A stretch of DNA of 64,000 bases from Eledone cirrhosa (lineage: Eukaryota), in the NCBI GenBank assembly GCA_964016885.1, contig CAXHJY010000419.1, positions 2,046 through 66,045 on the forward strand. Direction: 5' to 3'. A program made the translations under genes and the position numbers. Positions 48,193 to 64,000 of this stretch are shown one piece after another (position 1 is the stretch's first letter; every line of letters begins with the position of its first letter). The notes under the pieces were generated by a model. The model ran no database searches. It had not been told where the DNA came from and worked only from the letters and a program-made list of their open reading frames with translations.

Positions 48193-48408
48193 ACGCTGTA
48201 ATGTGGCCGTGTAGGCAACACGGTAAAAACCTCCCAGCCCCACACTGTAAATGTGGTTGGTCTTAGGAAGGGCATCCAACTGTAGAAAACCCGCCAGACA
48301 GTCCTATGCGAGCAAGACAACCACTCTTGCCTCAAGTGGGAAAACCCCCGTCCAAACCCATGCAAGCGTGGAACACGGACGCTAAACCTGATGATGATGA
48401 TGATGATT
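48193..48408 (+). mobile_element. Solo 3' end of the young RTE family
   Basis: Nearly identical to 22680-22906, including the (GAT)n tail. Confidence 0.9.
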
Positions 48409-50100
48409 ACAATTCTTAAATATTCCCTCATGTATTTCATTTTAATTTTTATGTATACATACAGTTGTGTGTGTGTTGAAAAATTATTATTTCTATGCAT
48501 AAAAGTAATTGTATTACTTGTGTGTTCTCTTTTTTCCAGAAGAATTCTGTTGGAATATGTCATGATAACATTGTGGATTGGCAGTATTGGTAGAGCGTCA
48601 GACACCATGCTTTGCAGCATAGAGTTATGGCCCTTTATGTTCTGAGTTCAAATCTCACCGAAGTTAGCTTTGCCTTTCATCCTTATGAGGTCAATAAAAT
48701 AAAGTTGTATTTGCTGCACTTCTAGAAAAGTGCAGTTTCTTCAACATTGTATACTTGTTCTACCCCTTCAGCTCTATGAGGTTATTAGTAGTAGCCTCCC
48801 CATCAGCACTGCCAGGTTCAATAATCTTTTAATGTTATGCAAATTACTTCTTACCAACCTGTTCTAGCTAGAAAAGATCTTTCATTAGAAGTTTCCCCAT
48901 CTTTCCCCACAAATTGTCATATAAACTAGCTTTCACTTCAATAACTATCATACTTAGTGGTACATTACATACAGTTTTTTTCATCAACTCACACACTCAA
49001 GTGTTGTTCCATATCAAACATCATATCTGATCTTTTACAAAAAATAATGTCCAAGCAGTTACCAGAGTAATTGCTTGAGCACATAATTTTCTCTTTACTG
49101 TCAAGTATTGTTCCCACGGTAGATGTTGCAAGATTTAATGTTTTAAAACATAGTTGAATTGTTTCCCTGCATCAAGACATTTTTAAACATGTCAGCCTGG
49201 AATATTTCATTTTATTGACCCTGAAGGGATGAAAGTAAAATTAACCATAGCAGGATTTAAACTCAAAATGCAGAGAGTTAGAGACAATGAACGATGGGTG
49301 AAGAAATGTCAGGAAATCCTAGTGGAAGGAAGCCACAGTAAAACGACTAAGAAAGACCTGGGCAGAGGTTTTGAGAGCTGACCTCAAATCACTAAGATTG
49401 GCAGAGGAGATGACAAAGGAATGCAGCAAGTGAAGAGATGCCATGCTGAGAAGGACCTGTCCAACCAATGCAAGCATAGAAAAGCAAACGTAAAAAACGA
49501 TGATGATGATGACAACTGCAAGAAAATTTGACCTACACTCTCATGATTCTGAAGTAAATGAAAATAGCAAGTATGATGTGTTTGAATGATTTTTAATCTT
49601 TCAGACCTATAGGCTGAAGAAAATAGATATAATTCAACCAGAGCAGAGATGTCTGGGGTACTATATAACTTGAATAGATATAGCCTAATAGATTTATTTA
49701 TACTTTAAGGGTTGAGAAAACCCTTTAGTCCACCTAGTGTTGATGCCACAAAAACATGCACTCAGTAGACATTGTAAAATGGTTGAAGTAAGGAAAGGCA
49801 TTCAGTCAAAAACTATGACAAATGAGAAAGATATGATTCTCTGACCCATGTGGTCTTAGACTGTGATCGCCTGCCCAAGCCATGACGGCATGGAAAACAT
49901 ACAATGATGATGATGATTAGAGATGGAACTAAGGTGTAAATATTAAAAATTATCGCTAAGACTGGCAGAAGAGATGACAAAGGAACGTAAGGAGTGGCGA
50001 GATGCCATGCTGAAAAGGACCTGTCCAACCCATGCAAGTGTGGAAAAATGGATGTAAAAACAATACTGATGATGTCTCATCTCTAAAGAGAAGATTTCAT

Positions 50101-50288
50101 AATTGTTTCTACTTTAGGCACAAGGCCAGCAATTACCCAGTGCATTACTGGTACTTTATTTCATCGACCCCGTGAGGATGAAAGGCAAAGTTAACCTCGG
50201 CAGGATTTGAACTCAGAATGGCAAGGGACGTAACTCTATGCGTCAAAGCATGGCGTCCGACCCTCTACCGATACTGCCAATCCCCCGC
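50101..50288 (-). mobile_element. Family A SINE with 14-bp TSD agagaagatttcat
   Basis: Direct repeats at 50087-50100 and 50289-50302. Confidence 0.9.
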
Positions 50289-50369
50289 AGAGAAGATTTC
50301 ATCATAGTCTGTAAAATGATAAGTGTATACTGTCTTTATAGATTTATAGTCTTGTGCTTATGTTATTAT

Positions 50370-50760
50370 TATCATCTATCTGGCAACTGACTTGGTAGAC
50401 ACCCACAACATTATTAACCATCTGAGCACCTTTTTGAATTCCATGTGTCTAACATCAGTGGACATGCTTTCAAAACCAGAAAACAGTACAGCTCCCATTT
50501 TTTCATGCTCAGAGTTGCTGAAGCATCGAACAAACTACCAGCATCAGTTGTTAGATGTCAGGACACTGCATCCTTCAAAACTTCCATGCTTCCCATAACA
50601 CTACACCTGATATTCCCCTTCCATACACACGCACGTGCATATATATCATGACTCATACACTGTTCACTTTCCTGACTTTTGTATATTATCCTATGTACTA
50701 TACATGCACTTTTGATGAGTTGTAGTGCACCTGAGCACTGTACACAATAATTTCATTATT
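50370..50760 (+). mobile_element. CR1/L2-type LINE 3' end
   Basis: HFFMLRVAEASNKLPASVV...SFK; same family as 19580-19995. Confidence 0.75.
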
Positions 50761-51621
50761 GTTAGCATTTGACTACAGTAGCAGATGGTCACAATCGTTC
50801 TTTACTCATTGCAACTTTCATAATCAGTTGTGGTCCCAAGGTCAACTAATGGTATTCAAGTCTCTGGACAGAATTTCAATCTGGAGAAGCTTTAGGTCGA
50901 GCCCATAGCAGTGGGGACTTTTGGTGTCCTTGGCCCTAGGACCACCATCAGCATGGAATTGGCTACCCGCAAGTGTGAGCCTCATGAGCTAGAATGGCCC
51001 TTCCAATGCGTTTCCCTCACCATCCTCCAGGGAAACATCTTCTCTATTCTCTCTGCTGGGACTGCAGGGCGGCCAGCACGTGGGCCCCCATTTGCTTATA
51101 ATAGTGAGAGATGGAGGCAGTGACTATACTAGCATTGCTGAATTATTTTGCAGAGTTTATGCACCCGTCTTCCCAGGTCAGTTACCTGTAGGGTACATTT
51201 CTCACCTTCTTCAGAATTACTTCCATCCAGATATCTGTTTCTCTACCTCAACTGATGGCAATAATTGTAAATGGAATTTTTAATAAAAGACACTGCCTAT
51301 GATTTTCAAACTATTTTGCTATAGAGATATGTGACAACAGTGAAAAGAAGAGAAAAAAAGCAGATGTCTGCTTCCTCACATAGAAAACTAAAATAAAAAG
51401 TACATTTTATGAACTGTGTGGGTTACTGTATGTTGGAGTAATAGTAAGCAATTCGGGTGGGTGTGGTTATGTACTTGGGATAGGAAATGAACACTAGTCT
51501 CTTGTATGATTATTATGAGTTGCAGCTGAGCGGCTGTGGCCATGCTGGGGCACCGCCATGTGTTATTCTGCCTTATCTTTATTAGATATTATGTATGTAT
51601 ACATTTATATATATATATATC

Positions 51622-51656
<35 letters not shown>

Positions 51657-51674
51657 ACGTATGTGTCTGGGTGT

Positions 51675-51741
<67 letters not shown>

Positions 51742-51892
51742 AGTGACATTACATCTCTACATATACAAACACCCATTAAAAACTACAACCCTCACTTATA
51801 ACAGGCTCATTTACACACTGACACACTCTATACACACTTCATATATACAACAAGCACATACATCAAAACTACAATCCTCATTGAATCTTAGT

Positions 51893-51958
<66 letters not shown>

Positions 51959-52831
51959 TTCACACAGAGAAATACATATATTCATATTAGTAGAACGGTC
52001 TTTTCCCTTTGATGCTGCTTAATATTTCCACTAGTGGTAGTAGTAGTAGTGGTTGAAATAGTACGGTGACGAAAGCAGTGGTAACAACAATTGTCTTAAA
52101 ACTTGAAGTCTAATATTTTAAGGAAGAGTGAGGACGAACGGATGTGGTAGCATTTATGCCTCTCCCAAAATTATTTAGCAACGTAAACGAATAAACGAAG
52201 GAGGTTATTTAAATTTATTTAAGATAATGAATATCGAAGCAAGAATATTCATAATCTCGGCTCGCCAGGGAATTTACCATGGAAAGGAAAATACGAACCA
52301 ATAATAATTACAACATCGATAATAATAATAATTTGGTTTTAATGAAATTTGGATGAGAAAGCGTCAAAAGCAATCGCGGTATTAACAACTATAACTTACA
52401 GATCTATCAAAAGAGGAAATTCTTTAAATTTGAACGACAAAAAAAAATTCTTGTAGAGGAGTAGATATTTATTTGATGAAATGTTTCAAAAATGGGCCTT
52501 AAATAACATACACACCCTCGTTTAAATATGTGTGTGTGCGCACATAGATGTGTGCATGTGCGCGCAGACGTGTGTGTGTGTGCATGTGAAAGTGCGTACA
52601 TATATAAATGTGTGTGTGTGTAGACACAGACAAAGATTTCTAGATAGAGACAAACAGACAGACACACAAATAGACAGTAAGAGAGACATATAGAGAGATG
52701 GGGGGGGGGGAGATGAGAAGCGTGTAGTAGTATTTATAGTTCGTCAAAATATCTTTTCCATAAAATACAAGATATTTTTCGGAGATAAGAGAACATATAT
52801 ATAGAGAGAGAGATAGAGGGGGAGGGGGAAT

Positions 52832-52883
52832 GGCTTCTACAGGACTAGAACTGTTTCATTCGAAGGAAATCATCAGGAAAGCC
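52832..52883 (-). ncRNA. Solitary type I hammerhead ribozyme motif
   Basis: Minus strand ggctttc CTGATGA tttc-cttc-gaat GAA ACAG-ttctagtc-CTGT A gaagcc; complete core, all three helices can form. Confidence 0.75.
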
Positions 52884-54222
52884 TGCTATGTATTGAGTAC
52901 CTTACTTACTGTGGTTACCCCCATTGAACCCAGGATACACACACACATATATATATATATAGTCTATCGATTCTTGATGATCGATCAAAGCTAGATTTTG
53001 AACCCACAACGATAAGGTGCAGCAAATGAAAATAAGTCTGACATACCGGGCTTCTAAGAGCCTTTATTATACGGTATTTAAGATAGTCATAATATATATC
53101 ATAACAATAGCTTCATTTTAACAGCCACATAGCATCGTTTTCCTATAGGGGGTGGGGGTAGGATCAGATATGATGTTCAGGATTTTAAAAAAATATTTTA
53201 TTTCAGAGGAAAGAAAGCTTAAATAGGTGCCGTAAGTGAAAACGGCATTTGAATTTTGACTTAAGAATCGAATGAAGTGATAATAAACTGAAACGTTCAT
53301 GGCTTTCCCCCATCACTAGTAGTGGCTAGGAATCGAAACCGCCTCACTAATCAGAGAGGGGGGGGGGGGCATAAAAAGCGAAGGATTGTGTTGTAGCATT
53401 CATGCATTTCCTACGTCTATTAATGATGCGGAGGCGACGAAAAAACTAGGTGAGCTCACAGAATCTGAAAAGTTAATTCATACAACACCATATACAGTCA
53501 GACAAATAGATATATATACAGAGAGAGAGAAAGTTAGTTAGATAGATATATAGATAGATACATAAATATTGAGGGGGATGAGACAAACACTATATAGATA
53601 GATGGAGACGATAGAAGAGGGAAAGAGAGGGAGTCTCTATTGCATTTAGACAAGTTAACCCACTTTTGGAATCAAAATAAATCAGCAGTGGAAAGGAGGT
53701 GAGAAGTGGAGATGAACGAAATATTTTTACGACAGTCCTAATCAAAGACCAACATTTTAACAATTTGGTAGAATATAGTGTATGTATATATGTGCCTATG
53801 TATGTATGGGCATATATATATATGTGTCTGTGTATGTATGTAATACTATAATGGACTATTCTATATATAGAATGGTTTAATACATACATCTATGTGAATG
53901 TGTGTATGACAAGAGAAAGCGACATAGAAAGATATATAGCTGTATATGAGAGATGAGCAGACATATAGATTGACAATACTTATCAAAACAATACCAATCA
54001 GCTGTACACACACTCATTACAATCAACTATATATATATATATACACACACATAGTGTCTACAATCGTCTATATATATTCACTATTTATAATCGATTATGT
54101 ATGCGTGTATATATATACACGCATATACATATAGATAAATATGATAGCGCAAGGAAAAGGGACGCTAACTGGTGATATATATATATATAGTGTATGTGTA
54201 TATATATATATATATATATACA

Positions 54223-54301
54223 CAGGGTGTCCCAAAAATGAATACACACTTTGATTAGAATGCTGTTGAAATGTGTATACATATTTTGGGGAGACACCCT
54301 G
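54223..54301. mobile_element. Tc1/mariner-type MITE of about 80 bp
   Basis: TIRs CAGGGTGTCCCAAAA ... TTTTGGGGAGACACCCTG followed by TA. Confidence 0.8.
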
Positions 54302-54616
54302 TATATGTAATGTATGTGTGTATATATATATTTATATATATATATATACATAGCATCTATGTATGTACATACATACATAGCATCTATGTATATATATGGA
54401 ATGTACCACACCTTCAACAATAGCAGAGACAGATCAGATCACACTGAACATAAACAGCTGAAGAGAAATTCTCTCTCAATCTGTCACTAGTCAGTTAAAG
54501 CTTGGTAATAATTGTGACACATTCAGATTATATATATAAAATAATAATAATAAAGGGTTTTTTTCTAAGTATAGAGTACTAAGGTCTTACTGGTCATAAG
54601 CTATAACATTCACATA

Positions 54617-56220
<1,604 letters not shown>

Positions 56221-56224
<4 letters not shown>

Positions 56225-58092
56225 TCGCTATTTCAGAGCATTTATTCCAATTTCTAATTTCTGCCGGACCGGCAACCGCTCTTTCAAACCAGTTCCTGTA
56301 CACAGCTAAGTATTCTATAAGTCTCTAGCTGTGTCATTCTCGATAAAAGCACTGGATATGTAGTCCTGATGAATTCTAACAAGAATGAAACGCGTAGACT
56401 TACTTCCCTTGCTTTTATCGAGAATCTAATTGTAATACGTGACGTATTCTATTCTATAGCGATTAGGTCTTCAAAATGTTTATTGTAAACATACAGAATA
56501 TTTTCGAATATTCTATGTCTATATTCACATATATATCGCTATTTCAGAGCATTTATTCCAATTTCTAATTTCTGCCGGACCGGCAACCGCTCTTTCAAAC
56601 CAGTTCCTGTACACAGCTAAGTATTCTATAAGTCTCTAGCTGTGTCATTCTCGATAAAAGCACTGGATATGTAGTCCTGATGAATTCTAACAAGAATGAA
56701 ACGCGTAGACTTACTTCCCTTGCTTTTATCGAGAATCTAATTGTAATACGTGACGTATTCTATTCTATAGCGATTAGGTCTTCAAAATGTTTATTGTAAA
56801 CATACAGAATATTTTCGAATATTCTATGTCTATATTCACATATATATCGCTATTTCAGAGCATTTATTCCAATTTCTAATTTCTGCCGGACCGGCAACCG
56901 CTCTTTCAAACCAGTTCCTGTACACAGCTAAGTATTCTATAAGTCTCTAGCTGTGTCATTCTCGATAAAAGCACTGGATATGTAGTCCTGATGAATTCTA
57001 ACAAGAATGAAACGCGTAGACTTACTTCCCTTGCTTTTATCGAGAATCTAATTGTAATACGTGACGTATTCTATTCTATAGCGATTAGGTCTTCAAAATG
57101 TTTATTGTAAACATACAGAATATTTTCGAATATTCTATGTCTATATTCACATATATATCGCTATTTCAGAGCATTTATTCCAATTTCTAATTTCTGCCGG
57201 ACCGGCAACCGCTCTTTCAAACCAGTTCCTGTACACAGCTAAGTATTCTATAAGTCTCTAGCTGTGTCATTCTCGATAAAAGCACTGGATATGTAGTCCT
57301 GATGAATTCTAACAAGAATGAAACGCGTAGACTTACTTCCCTTGCTTTTATCGAGAATCTAATTGTAATACGTGACGTATTCTATTCTATAGCGATTAGG
57401 TCTTCAAAATGTTTATTGTAAACATACAGAATATTTTCGAATATTCTATGTCTATATTCACATATATATCGCTATTTCAGAGCATTTATTCCAATTTCTA
57501 ATTTCTGCCGGACCGGCAACCGCTCTTTCAAACCAGTTCCTGTACACAGCTAAGTATTCTATAAGTCTCTAGCTGTGTCATTCTCGATAAAAGCACTGGA
57601 TATGTAGTCCTGATGAATTCTAACAAGAATGAAACGCGTAGACTTACTTACTTACTTCCCTTGCTTTTATCGAGAATCTAATTGTAATACGTGACGTATT
57701 CTATTCTATAGCGATTAGGTCTTCAAAATGTTTATTGTAAACATACAGAATATTTTCGAATATTCTATGTCTATATTCACATATATATCGCTATTTCAGA
57801 GCATTTATTCCAATTTCTAATTCTGCCGGACCGGCAACCGCTCTTTCAAACCAGTCCTGTACACAGCTAAGTATTCTATAAGTCTCTAGCTGTGTCATTC
57901 TCGATAAAAGCACTGGATATGTAGTCCTGATGAATTCTAACAAGAATGAAACGCGTAGACTTACTTCCTTGCTTTTATCGAGAATCTAATTGTAATACGT
58001 GACGTATTCTATTCTATAGCGATTAGGTCTTCAAAATGTTTATTGTAAACATACAGAATATTTTCGAATATTCTATGTCTATATTCACATAT
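56221..58092 (+). repeat. Tandem array A: 6 x 311 bp units, each with a type I hammerhead ribozyme (retrozyme-like)
   Basis: tcgctatttc recurs at 56225, 56536, 56847, 57158, 57469 and 57788. Confidence 0.95.
56336..56425 (+). ncRNA. Type I hammerhead ribozyme, array A copy 1 (predicted cleavage after GUA at 56396)
   Basis: agtc CTGATGA attct-aaca-agaat GAA ACGCGT A gact, closed by the 16-bp inverted repeat attctcgataaaagca/tgcttttatcgagaat. Confidence 0.9.
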
Positions 58093-63757
<5,665 letters not shown>

Positions 63758-63759
63758 AA

Positions 63760-64000
63760 CAAGGCGGCGGTCCCTTCTGGAAATGGTCGTGCTCGGTGTG
63801 TAGGAAAGGCGTAGGTAGAAACTCCATTTTGTGTCCTAAATGCAAAGTATGGGTGCATAAAAGATGTAGTGGGATCACAGGTAAGCTAACTAAGAACATA
63901 GATTTTACATGTGGCCGGTGTTCTGGTGCAATAAGTAGCAGCAAGTGCCCACACAATACTAGCTCTTTCAATTGCGCAGAGGGTTCTATAGAAATAGTGG
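63760..64000 (+). mobile_element. RTE LINE copy, 5'-truncated, runs off the right edge
   Basis: Closely matches 21577-21815 (PHD-finger region) with a 1-nt deletion near 63780. Confidence 0.92.

Overview
This is animal genomic DNA: AT-rich, microsatellite-dense and intron-containing. The SINE/RTE repertoire looks like an octopod cephalopod, which is an inference. The only host gene is CYFIP/Sra-1 on the minus strand: 16 coding exons (28240 down to 8566, about 713 codons) join in frame at GT-AG junctions, and the gene continues past the left edge. The rest is repeats: an 8.5 kb 27-bp intronic satellite, a 77-bp SINE-derived satellite, RTE, CR1, CRE and Penelope-like retroelement copies, tRNA-derived SINEs, Tc1 and piggyBac-type MITEs, a Tigger/pogo remnant, and about 9 kb of (TA)n/(CA)n. 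The most notable signal is a set of type I hammerhead ribozymes. Two unrelated tandem arrays (6 x 311 bp on +, about 3.7 x 466 bp on -) sit convergently in the TA microsatellite, and every full unit carries a minimal hammerhead with a palindromic helix III and the same U-AACA-A helix II loop. The second array ends within 1 nt of its predicted self-cleavage site. This is the architecture of retrozyme-like, circRNA-producing non-autonomous retroelements. A solitary hammerhead, a fold-back hammerhead palindrome and several decayed cores also occur. The long ORFs in satellites and microsatellites are treated as artefacts.
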